Source of the DNA: Mycobacteriales bacterium | GTDB taxonomy: Bacteria > Actinomycetota > Actinomycetes > JAFAQI01 | Assembly: GCA_035545175.1 (NCBI GenBank) | Contig: DASZYY010000061.1 | Coordinates: forward strand, 1-38,630 | DNA length: 38,630 bases | Reading direction: 5' to 3' | In this document: piece after piece, positions 7,615 through 15,465 of the stretch | Numbering within the stretch: the first letter of the stretch is position 1 | Layout of the letters: each line of letters starts with the position of its first letter | The notes under the pieces: model-generated | What the model was told of the DNA's origin: nothing | The model's input: only the letters and a program-made list of their open reading frames with translations | The model's database searches: none | Program-made: the position numbers and the translations under genes

Positions 7615-8745
7615 ATGCGCACACCGCTCTGTGACCGCCTCGGGATCGAGTTCCCGATCTTCGCCTTCAGCCACTGCCGCGACGTGGTGGCCGCTGTCAC
7701 CAACGCCGGCGGGATCGGCGTCCTGGGGGCGGTCGCACACAGCCCCGAGGGTCTCGAGACCGACCTCAAGTGGATCGACGAGCAGGTGGGGGGCAAGTCC
7801 TACGGCGTAGATCTGCTGCTGCCGGTCAGCTTCGTCCCCACCGATTCGCCTGGCGCCCCCACCGGAGCCGCGCCGGCGGAGCTCTTCCCCGCGGACCGGG
7901 TCGACTTCGTCAACGACATCCTGTCGCGTCACGGCGTCCCCGAGCTGCCGCAAGGCGGACCCACTGGTCGGCGCGGGATCATGAGCGTGTCGCCGGAGGC
8001 GAACTCCACGCTCCTCGACGTCGCGCTCGCTCACGACATCCGTCTGCTGGCGAGCGCTCTCGGCCCGCCGACGCCGGAGCTGATCGAACGGGCGCATGCT
8101 CGCGACATCGTGGTGGCGGCCCTCGTGGGCGCCAAGTCGCATGCGCAGCGCCAGGTCAACGCGGGCGTCGACGTGATCGTGGCGCAAGGGACGGAGGCCG
8201 GTGGTCACACCGGCCAGGTGTCGACGATGGTGCTGGTCCCAGAGGTGGTGAAGGCCGTCGCGCCGACCCCCGTCCTGGCCGCCGGCGGCATCGTTACCGG
8301 TGAGCAGGTCGCAGCGGCCATGGCCCTCGGCGCGCAGGGGGTGTGGTGCGGCTCGGTGTGGCTGACCACCGCCGAGGCCGAGACCGATCCCGTCGTCAAG
8401 CAGAAGTTCCTCACCGCGACGTCCAGCGACACCGTCCGGTCGCGCTCGCTCACCGGCAAGCCGGCCCGCATGCTTCGTACGCCGTGGACCGACGAGTGGG
8501 AGGCGCCGGATGCGCCGGCGACGCTCCCGATGCCGCTGCAGAGCATGCTCGTGGCCAATGCGCAGGTGCGGATCGCTCGCGACGCGCGGACCGCCGGCAG
8601 TGGCGCCGAGCAGCTGGCGACGTACTTCGTCGGTCAGGGCGTCGGCCTGATGGATCGCATCAAGCCCGCGCGCGAGGTCGTCGAGGAGATGGTTGCGGGC
8701 TACCTCGAGGTGGCCGAGCGGTTCGCCAGCCAGGTCGCGGACTAG
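7615..8745 (+). CDS. Nitronate monooxygenase / NPD-family FMN-dependent oxidoreductase
   Basis: 376 aa. The N-terminus LGIEFPIFAFSHCRDVVAAVTNAGGIGVLGA, together with VAQGTEAGGHTG and LAAGGIVTGEQVAAAMALGAQGVW, is characteristic of the 2-nitropropane dioxygenase family. Confidence 0.85.
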   Translation: MRTPLCDRLGIEFPIFAFSHCRDVVAAVTNAGGIGVLGAVAHSPEGLETDLKWIDEQVGGKSYGVDLLLPVSFVPTDSPGAPTGAAPAELFPADRVDFVNDILSRHGVPELPQGGPTGRRGIMSVSPEANSTLLDVALAHDIRLLASALGPPTPELIERAHARDIVVAALVGAKSHAQRQVNAGVDVIVAQGTEAGGHTGQVSTMVLVPEVVKAVAPTPVLAAGGIVTGEQVAAAMALGAQGVWCGSVWLTTAEAETDPVVKQKFLTATSSDTVRSRSLTGKPARMLRTPWTDEWEAPDAPATLPMPLQSMLVANAQVRIARDARTAGSGAEQLATYFVGQGVGLMDRIKPAREVVEEMVAGYLEVAERFASQVAD

Positions 8746-8763
8746 CGCGCTTCGCGTGCTGCG

Positions 8764-9279
8764 TTAGCCGGCGGCCTGCAGGTTCTGCACGTCGTCGACC
8801 TTCCACACCGCACCGACCCGCTGTAGGTGGACGTGCAGGTACACGATGTTCGTCAAGGGTTTTCCACCGTTGCTGGACGCGCTGGTCCGCAGAACGACGA
8901 ATGCCGTTGCCTGATCGCCATCGAGGTCGGAGACGGTTGTCTCCGTGATGCCGGCGGTGCTGACTGCTTTGGCCTTGCGTAGCTGCGCCTGAACGGCGGC
9001 TGCTTGGCTGGCTTCGCGCTGTGCGAACCCGCCGGTCGCGAATCTTTGAATGTCGCGCTGTGCCTGGGCGAGGTTGCGGTAGTCGTAGTGGTACAGCGCG
9101 ACCGCGAGGGCGCCGGCCGCGGCCCGCGCGTTCTGCATCTGGGTGAGCCGGTCGCTCAGTCGCGATTGCGTGTGGTCGGCGCGGTGCCACTCGCGGACGG
9201 CGAGCGTGGTCGTGAATGCAAGCGCCACGACCAGCGCACCGACCACCCACGCCCGAAGGCTCGGGCGCTTCAGGGCCAC
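8764..9279 (-). CDS. Mce-associated membrane protein-like (orphan Mas/NTF2-like) single-pass membrane protein
   Basis: 171 aa with a GTG start 4 nt after the stop of the upstream Cys-rich gene. The TM segment AWVVGALVVALAFTTTLAV is followed by the pattern YHYDYRNL...ATGGF...ATAFVVL...HVHLQRVGAVWKVDDV seen in Mce-associated membrane proteins. No mce genes are in the window. Confidence 0.6.
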   Translation of the reverse strand: MALKRPSLRAWVVGALVVALAFTTTLAVREWHRADHTQSRLSDRLTQMQNARAAAGALAVALYHYDYRNLAQAQRDIQRFATGGFAQREASQAAAVQAQLRKAKAVSTAGITETTVSDLDGDQATAFVVLRTSASSNGGKPLTNIVYLHVHLQRVGAVWKVDDVQNLQAAG

Positions 9280-9283
9280 GGGT

Positions 9284-10684
9284 TCAGCAGCCGGTGTTGA
9301 TCCGCAGCTGGTGAGCGTTGTTGGTCACCGGCGAGTCCGGCATCGCCACGTCGCCGCCACCAAGCGCCACGCCACACGTTCCGGCGTAGATCGCCGGGAG
9401 CGGGTAGAGCGGCAGGGCGGGGGAGCCCATGGCGTCCGGGTCCTCGAAGAACTGGAAGCCCGGCTCGTTGCTGACGGTGTGCGCCTCGTGTCGACGCCAG
9501 TAGTCCATCCCGCCCTTGGTGTTCCTGGTACCGCTCGGCGAGGCGTTGTTCTGGGCGGTGTCGCACTTCTTCGGGGAGTCGGGCTGCGGCTTGTTGCTCG
9601 GCTGGTCCTGCTCGCCACCGCTGTTGCAGTTGTACGGGTCCCACCGCTTGCCGGAGTAGTCGAAGGAGTCGCGCTCGGAGTCTTTGCGACCGGCCGGGCA
9701 GCGGTCCCTCGACTTCGCGTTGCCGGTGTTGGCGTCGCAGCCTTGGTAGATCATCTGCTTCTCGGTGGTCGCACCGGCGCAGATGCCGTCAGCACAGAAC
9801 CCGGTCGAGGCGTTGAGCAGACCTTCGGGCTGGCTCAAAGTGCCGGACTCGGCGGCCCGATACGGCGTGAAGGCGAGCATCACGGCGCCGCCGTCCGAAG
9901 GTCCGACCTCCGAGCCTTGCGTCTGCGGCGAGCTGAGCGGGCCTTCGCCGTCGTGCTCACCGTTGTCGCTGTTGTCGTCCATCCCGTAGTAGAGGATGAA
10001 GCCGTCAGTGAGGATCTTGGTGAGGTTCTGGTCCGTGCCGGTGTCCGGTGTCAGCTTGTTCTTGCCGACATCTCCGCCGGGAATCGACTGGCAGGCGTAC
10101 GGGAAGCCGGGAATCGCGCCGGCGACGGGGCAGTAGAACTGGTAGTAGTCCCAGTTGAGGGCGAAGCCGGCGCCCTTCTTGTTGTTGCCGCACCCGTACT
10201 TCTGCTGGTTGGCCGCCTTGCTCACCGACTCCGGCTTCTTGCCCTGCGGTACCGGCCCGCCGTTGGTGCCGTCGGTGTTGACAGAAAGGCACCCGGCGTG
10301 GGTCGCGGAGCTCTGCCCCGGGTAGCCGAGTGAGTAGAGCGTCCCGGTGCCCTTGGAGTTCTCGTCATTGGGGGACTGGTTGATCCCGAACTGCACCCAG
10401 CTGGTGTTGGGCGTGCCGTGCTCGCCATGGCGGGGCGAGTTGTTGTAGCGGTTGTTCGGCACCCCGTTGGTCATGCCGCCGCTCTCCAGCGTCAGCTGCG
10501 CGTTGTGGCAACCCGCGTAGGTCTTGTATTGCGGGGTGTTCCACTCGCTTGCATCCCACGGGCAGTCCTGCTGTGGGGAGCCGTAACCGCCGCCGCTGAC
10601 GGCGTACGCCGCCCCGGCGCCGGCCAGCGAAAGCAGCACCCCGGACAGGCCGGTGAAGGAGACGATCGCGATCTTGCTGCGCAT
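9284..10684 (-). CDS. Hypothetical secreted Cys-rich (14 Cys), Asn/Gly/Asp/Pro-rich protein
   Basis: 466 aa. The ATG at 10684 has GGAGG 7 nt upstream (10692-10696, minus). Signal peptide is MRSKIAIVSFTGLSGVLLSLAGAGAAYA-VS. Codon use is native GC3-rich despite the unusual amino-acid composition. The last residue is Cys. No family recognised. Confidence 0.8.
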   Translation of the reverse strand: MRSKIAIVSFTGLSGVLLSLAGAGAAYAVSGGGYGSPQQDCPWDASEWNTPQYKTYAGCHNAQLTLESGGMTNGVPNNRYNNSPRHGEHGTPNTSWVQFGINQSPNDENSKGTGTLYSLGYPGQSSATHAGCLSVNTDGTNGGPVPQGKKPESVSKAANQQKYGCGNNKKGAGFALNWDYYQFYCPVAGAIPGFPYACQSIPGGDVGKNKLTPDTGTDQNLTKILTDGFILYYGMDDNSDNGEHDGEGPLSSPQTQGSEVGPSDGGAVMLAFTPYRAAESGTLSQPEGLLNASTGFCADGICAGATTEKQMIYQGCDANTGNAKSRDRCPAGRKDSERDSFDYSGKRWDPYNCNSGGEQDQPSNKPQPDSPKKCDTAQNNASPSGTRNTKGGMDYWRRHEAHTVSNEPGFQFFEDPDAMGSPALPLYPLPAIYAGTCGVALGGGDVAMPDSPVTNNAHQLRINTGC

Positions 10685-10781
10685 GCAGGGGCCTCCGGAG
10701 ATGAGCGGACCATGACACCGACGTCATAGTCATCGTTCCACTTCGCCGTCGGCCGGGAACTTCCTGCTACCCCCGTTGCGC

Positions 10782-10800
10782 CCAGGTTAGGTAACCCTTA
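10782..10800. promoter_or_regulatory. Candidate IdeR/DtxR-type iron box in the divergent promoter region
   Basis: CCAGGTTAGGTAACCCTTA matches the 19-bp consensus TTAGGTTAGGCTAACCTAA at 13 of 19 positions by hand alignment. The left half AGGTTAGG is perfect; TAACC is present but shifted by 1 nt. It contains the inverted repeat GGTTA-GG-TAACC and overlaps a TACTAT -10-like hexamer (10799-10804) 7 nt upstream of the efeM GTG. Confidence 0.4.
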
Positions 10801-10811
10801 CTATCTGCGCG

Positions 10812-11708
10812 GTGAGAAGCCCGACTCTCGTCCTTGCCACCTTGCTCGGACTGAACACCTTGATCGCTCCTGTCGCGGTGTCCGCGTCGCCGTCGCGGGC
10901 GCAAGCGACGCAAAGCAGCTCCGCGCCGCTTCAACCACGCGACCTCGCACCCGCGCTTCGGAAGTACCGGCATTACGTGCACGGCAGGGTGGAAGCACTG
11001 GCACCCGCGGTACGGAAACTGCGAGCGCGGATCGACGCCGGTGACCGAGGCGGCGCCAAGCACGCCTGGCTCGACGCCCGGTTGATCTGGCTGCGAATCG
11101 GCCAGGACAACAGCGCCTACGGCGTGTTCGGCGATCTCGGTCAGCGCATCGACGGCACTGCGGCAGGCCACTCCGGGGGCGTCCGTGCCGCCAAGTTCAC
11201 CGGCTTTCATCGCGTCGAGTGGGACCTGTGGCATCGGGGCAGCCTTGCGCCGGCGCGGACCGACGCCGCGGAACTGACTCGTGCGGTCTCGGCTCTGACT
11301 CACGTTTCGCTGAAGAAGGCGATCCCGACTGACGTCGACGGCGCGAGTGGGTTCGTGCTGCGCAGTCACGAGATCATCGAGGACGCGGTACGGGACAGCC
11401 TGAGCGGCAATGACGAGTACGGCAGCGGCACGGCGCTCGCCTCAGTCATCGCCGACGTACACGCCACGCGCAAGGTGCTCACGTTCCTCGCACCGCTGAT
11501 CAAGCAGCGACGACCCCACCTCGTCGGGAGAGCCCGTCGCGATCTGTCGCGGCTCGTCGATGCGGCAAGCACCGGACGACGTCACGGCCACTGGACGGCG
11601 ATCAAGTCCCTCCCGCGCCGCAAGCGCGAGGCGATCAACGCCGCGGCCGGCCAGGCCGACGAGCGACTCGCGCCGATCCCTGACCTCCTGCGAATCGGGA
11701 ACACCTGA
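10812..11708 (+). CDS. efeM: EfeM/EfeO-family iron-uptake periplasmic protein (imelysin/M75-like domain only, no cupredoxin domain)
   Basis: 298 aa. Signal peptide is VRSPTLVLATLLGLNTLIAPVAVSA. It carries the GFHRVEWDLW (HxxE) motif of imelysin-like EfeO/EfeM proteins. Its stop overlaps the efeB start (ATGA at 11705-11708). Confidence 0.75.
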   Translation: MRSPTLVLATLLGLNTLIAPVAVSASPSRAQATQSSSAPLQPRDLAPALRKYRHYVHGRVEALAPAVRKLRARIDAGDRGGAKHAWLDARLIWLRIGQDNSAYGVFGDLGQRIDGTAAGHSGGVRAAKFTGFHRVEWDLWHRGSLAPARTDAAELTRAVSALTHVSLKKAIPTDVDGASGFVLRSHEIIEDAVRDSLSGNDEYGSGTALASVIADVHATRKVLTFLAPLIKQRRPHLVGRARRDLSRLVDAASTGRRHGHWTAIKSLPRRKREAINAAAGQADERLAPIPDLLRIGNT

Positions 11709-12949
11709 TGAACCTCGACCGTCGCAACTTCCTCGCCGGCTCTGGGCTGGCCGCGCTCGGCGCGGCCCTTCCGGTGCCCCGGCCAGGGCTGCAGAAGGAC
11801 GGCCCGCCGGCACGCAATCCCAACGGTGGCCCGGCGGCGAAGCTTGCCGCGGTGCCGTTCCACGGAGCACACCAAGCGGGCATCGTGACGCCCGCGCCGC
11901 CCGCTGCCTGCTACGCGGCCTTCGACGTCACGGCGGAGCACCGTGCCGGCCTGGTGGAGCTGTTCAAGACGCTGACCCACCGCGCCCGCTTCCTCACGGC
12001 CGGCGGCAAGCCGGACGATCACGGCAGGAGTGCGCCGCCCGCAGACAGCGGCACGGTCGGGCCCGCGGTTCCGGCAGACGGGCTCACCATCACCGCGAGC
12101 GTCGGATCGTCGCTGTTCGACGGTCGCTACGGCCTGCACGGCCACAAGCCGGTGCACCTCTCACCGATGCGTGCCTTCCCCAACGACAACCTCGACCCGG
12201 CGCAGACCGGCGGAGACCTGCTCCTGCAGATCTGCGCCGGCAGTCCCGATGTCGCCATCCACGCCCTGCGCGACATCGCCAAGCACACGCGGGGTGGCAT
12301 GCAGCTGAGGTGGCGAATCGACGGGTTCATCTCGCCGCCGCGGCCTTCGGGCACGCCCCGCAACCACCTCGGGTTCAAAGACGGGATCGCGAACCCGAAT
12401 GTCAGCAGCAGCCTCGTGTCGCGCGCGCTGCTCTGGGCTCAGCGCGACGGGACCGAGCCGGATTGGGCGGCCGGTGGGAGCTACCACGTCTGCCGGATCA
12501 TCAAGATGTTCATCGAGTTCTGGGACCGGGTCTCGCTCGAGGAGCAGGAAGGCATGATCGGTCGCAAGCGCGACTCGGGTGCGCCGCTCGACGGGTACCG
12601 GGAAGACGACGTACCCAACTATCGCGACGATCCGCACGGCCTTGTCATCCCGCTCGACGCACACATCCGTCTCGCCAACCCGCGGACGACGGAGTCGGAG
12701 TACTCCCGCATCCTGCGGCGCGGCTACAACTACGACCGAGGGGTCGATCTCAACGGCAACCTCGACATGGGGCTCATCTTCAACTGCTTCCAGCGCAACC
12801 TGCGCACGCAGTTCGAAGCGGTGCAGCAGCGACTGGTAGGCGAGCCGATGATCGACTACGTCTCTCCGGTCGGCGGCGGCTACTTCTTCGCGCTGCCGGG
12901 AGTTCAGGACGACACGGATTGGTACGCGCGAGCCCTGTTCAGCGCTTGA
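11708..12949 (+). CDS. efeB: Dyp-type peroxidase / deferrochelatase EfeB, Tat-exported
   Basis: 413 aa. It has the twin-arginine signal MNLDRRNFLAGSGLAALGAA and the DyP GxxDG motif (LGFKDGIANP). It is translationally coupled to efeM. Confidence 0.85.
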   Translation: MNLDRRNFLAGSGLAALGAALPVPRPGLQKDGPPARNPNGGPAAKLAAVPFHGAHQAGIVTPAPPAACYAAFDVTAEHRAGLVELFKTLTHRARFLTAGGKPDDHGRSAPPADSGTVGPAVPADGLTITASVGSSLFDGRYGLHGHKPVHLSPMRAFPNDNLDPAQTGGDLLLQICAGSPDVAIHALRDIAKHTRGGMQLRWRIDGFISPPRPSGTPRNHLGFKDGIANPNVSSSLVSRALLWAQRDGTEPDWAAGGSYHVCRIIKMFIEFWDRVSLEEQEGMIGRKRDSGAPLDGYREDDVPNYRDDPHGLVIPLDAHIRLANPRTTESEYSRILRRGYNYDRGVDLNGNLDMGLIFNCFQRNLRTQFEAVQQRLVGEPMIDYVSPVGGGYFFALPGVQDDTDWYARALFSA

Positions 12950-12981
12950 GGTAGTGCGCCGCTACCGGCGGGGGTCCAGCT

Positions 12982-15312
12982 TCAGCCCTTCTGGTTCGAC
13001 GTCTTCGCGTAGGGACGGCACGGCTCGTTGCGGAGGCTGCCGCAGGCGGGGATGCCGGTCGGCACCGAGATCCCCGGGACCACCGGCAGGTACAGCGCCG
13101 ACGGATGCGACTGGGAGAACGCGATCGCCACCTTGGTGGTGTGCCCCTTCGCCGGCCGCGGGTGCTGGAACGACCAGATCGGCTGGGTGCCGTTCGGGGC
13201 GGAGATGGTGATCCGGATCCGGCTGCCGGCGCGGTACACGTGCCCCTCGTAGTACAGCGGGATCACGACCTTGACGAACTTGCCCTTCGGCATGGGTCGC
13301 GAGTCCTCGGGCCGGAAGCTCGGCACCGGGGCGAGCAGCGTGCTCGGCTGGGCGAAGATCGTGTGCTTGCGGGTCTCGAGCTTGCGCTCGCTCGCCCGCA
13401 TCCAGCCGCCCTGCACGAACACCTCGTTGTTGTCCGGGGTGACCTCGCTGACCGTCGCCTGCAGGTCCACGTCCGGCCGTGAGGACTTCACCCAGAGGTG
13501 GATCGCCCCGGCGCCGATGACGGTGGTGTCGTCCTTCAGCGGGGCCGTGACGTAGGAGACCGCCGTACCGGCCGGGTTCTGCTTCCAGTTCCAGTGCCAT
13601 TGGGAGGCGTTGCCCCACAGGCCGCCGCCGCCGGTGCTCCCGATGAAGTCGGTCATCGGCAGCGCGTAGGGGTTGGAGGTGTAGCGGTCGGACCCGCCCG
13701 CCCCCGCCAGGTGCTCGTTCAGGTGGCCCTTGCCGCCCAGGTACCAGACGCGCGCCTGGGTGTTCGGGATCGGGAACCTCGCGAAGGACTTCTCGAAGCC
13801 CGGGTACGGGTTGCCCGCGACGTACTGCCCGGCCGGGTCCGTGCCGGCACCGTTGTCGAACAGAACCCGGATCGACGGGAGCTTGCCGAAGTCCGCCATC
13901 GCCGCGTCGTACGTCGGGTCGAGCTGGATCGGGTCGACCGGCAGCGTCACGAGGTCGCTTTGCGGCAGGCCCGCGGCTTCCTGGTAGACCACCGGCGCGA
14001 TCGCCTTGATGACGGGCGAGTTGATCAGCGGCGCCTGTTTCGCGACGTACAGCTCGAGGAAGTCGTACCAGCGGTTGAACGTGTACGGATCGAGTGAGTC
14101 GACGTGGACCCCGTTGGTGAAGGTGAACCACTTCTGCTTGGTGCCGGTGAAGTGCTGCGCCAGCGCCATGCAGTGACCGCCGGTCTGCTCGTCCTCGAAC
14201 TGGCAGGCCATGAAGACCGGCACGTGGATCTTGTGGACGAACGTGATCGGGTCCAATGTGTCGGCGTACGCCGGGTGGTAGTGCGTGTTCGCGGCGATCG
14301 TGGCCGGGAGGTCCTGGGCCTCACCGTGCAGCACCTGGTTGGACTTGCAGGTCTTGTCACCCTGCTGGATGCGCTTGTAGGCCCAGGTCTGGCCGCCGTG
14401 TGGACCAGCCGGCCTGGCCTGGTACTGCCGCTCGTTGGCCCACGCGACCGCGAAGCCGTCGTTGAGGATGCCGCCCGGCTCGAGCGTCGTGGCCGTCGCG
14501 TCGATCACGGACAGCGGTGCGATCGCGGCGAGGTCCGGCGGGTTGGTCTGCCCGGTGAACAGCTGGCTGATGCCGCCGTAGGAGATGCCCTCCATGCCGA
14601 CCTTGCCGCCCTTGACCCACGGCTGGTGGGCCACTGTCTCGACGATGTCGTAGCCGTCGAGGGACTGCATCCGCTCGAAGAAGTTGAACGAGCCGCCGGA
14701 GCAGCCGGTGCCGCGCATGTTGACGTCGACGACCGCGAAACCCATCGCGTTGGCGATGATCGCGATGCCGCTCTCCGGGCCGGCCGGGTTGGCGTAGCCG
14801 TAACCGGCGTACTCGATCAGGGTCGGGTACGGCGGGGCGTAGTCCGGGATGCCCGGCGGCAGCGTGACGTCCGGCAGGCCGAGACCGGCCGGGCTGGTCG
14901 GCGGGTGAACGTAGTAGGCGAGCTTGGTGCCGTCTCGGGTGGTCAGGTAGCCGTAGCCGTGGTCGGGCATCGACTGGTTGTAGATCTTCGGGTCCCACGG
15001 CTTGTTGGTCGCCGGGTGAACGGTGAAGCTCGCCGACTTCCCGGCGCCCGGCTGCTCGATCCGGTAGCCGTTGCCCGGCTTCACGTTGCGAAAGACGACG
15101 CCGCCCAATGAGTCGGCCGGGTGCGCGCTGACGCGCTTCCCGGCGCCGTTGATCAGCTCGGTCTTCGCTCCCGGCCGCAGGCCGGTCGCGTAGGCCTGCT
15201 CGGCGCCGCCGTGGGCGCTTGGCTTCGCCTGCGCGTGCGCGCTGGCGCTCGCGATCTGGAGCGGGGTGAGGACTGCGGTGAGCAGGAGGACGGCGCTGGC
15301 GATCTTTTTCAC
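12982..15312 (-). CDS. Secreted CocE/NonD-family hydrolase (S15 Xaa-Pro dipeptidyl-peptidase-like)
   Basis: The track ORF runs to 15408 but that extension overlaps tRNA-His. The in-frame GTG at 15312 gives VKKIASAVLLLTAVLTPLQIASASAHA, a signal peptide, with GGAAG upstream. NMRGTGCSGGSF and the nucleophile motif GISYGG are followed by a long PepX_C-like C-terminal domain. Confidence 0.8.
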   Translation of the reverse strand: MKKIASAVLLLTAVLTPLQIASASAHAQAKPSAHGGAEQAYATGLRPGAKTELINGAGKRVSAHPADSLGGVVFRNVKPGNGYRIEQPGAGKSASFTVHPATNKPWDPKIYNQSMPDHGYGYLTTRDGTKLAYYVHPPTSPAGLGLPDVTLPPGIPDYAPPYPTLIEYAGYGYANPAGPESGIAIIANAMGFAVVDVNMRGTGCSGGSFNFFERMQSLDGYDIVETVAHQPWVKGGKVGMEGISYGGISQLFTGQTNPPDLAAIAPLSVIDATATTLEPGGILNDGFAVAWANERQYQARPAGPHGGQTWAYKRIQQGDKTCKSNQVLHGEAQDLPATIAANTHYHPAYADTLDPITFVHKIHVPVFMACQFEDEQTGGHCMALAQHFTGTKQKWFTFTNGVHVDSLDPYTFNRWYDFLELYVAKQAPLINSPVIKAIAPVVYQEAAGLPQSDLVTLPVDPIQLDPTYDAAMADFGKLPSIRVLFDNGAGTDPAGQYVAGNPYPGFEKSFARFPIPNTQARVWYLGGKGHLNEHLAGAGGSDRYTSNPYALPMTDFIGSTGGGGLWGNASQWHWNWKQNPAGTAVSYVTAPLKDDTTVIGAGAIHLWVKSSRPDVDLQATVSEVTPDNNEVFVQGGWMRASERKLETRKHTIFAQPSTLLAPVPSFRPEDSRPMPKGKFVKVVIPLYYEGHVYRAGSRIRITISAPNGTQPIWSFQHPRPAKGHTTKVAIAFSQSHPSALYLPVVPGISVPTGIPACGSLRNEPCRPYAKTSNQKG

Positions 15313-15324
15313 GTAGAGATCTTC

Positions 15325-15361
15325 CACGTGGCCCGGCGGGAACCTTCCGCCGGGCCACGTG
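15325..15361 (-). terminator. Perfect 15-bp stem-loop 5 nt downstream of tRNA-His (U-tract-less terminator or processing hairpin)
   Basis: CACGTGGCCCGGCGG (15325-15339) and CCGCCGGGCCACGTG (15347-15361) are exact reverse complements separated by a 7-nt loop. The hairpin lies between the tRNA 3' end (15367) and the hydrolase start (15312). Confidence 0.55.
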
Positions 15362-15366
15362 AGCGG

Positions 15367-15440
15367 GGTGAGTGACGGGATTCGAACCCGCGACACCCGG
15401 GACCACAACCCGGTGCTCTACCAACTGAGCTACACCCACC
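15367..15440 (-). tRNA. tRNA-His (anticodon GUG)
   Basis: The reverse complement reads G-GTGGGTG-TA-GCTC-AGTTGGTA-GAGC-A-CCGGG-TTGTGGT-CCCGG-GTGTC-GCGGG-TTCGAAT-CCCGT-CACTCAC-C. This is a full cloverleaf with the His-specific extra G-1 paired to C73. The anticodon loop is TTGTGGT. CCA is not fully encoded (CCG follows). Confidence 0.95.
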
Positions 15441-15465
15441 ATTGCGGCAGGCCGCTCGGAGCAGT

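Noticed and set aside
15313-15408. N-terminal extension of the hydrolase ORF, plus ORF 14357-15775 crossing the same area
   Set aside because: Both overlap the tRNA-His gene and the perfect hairpin. The internal GTG at 15312 yields a proper signal peptide.
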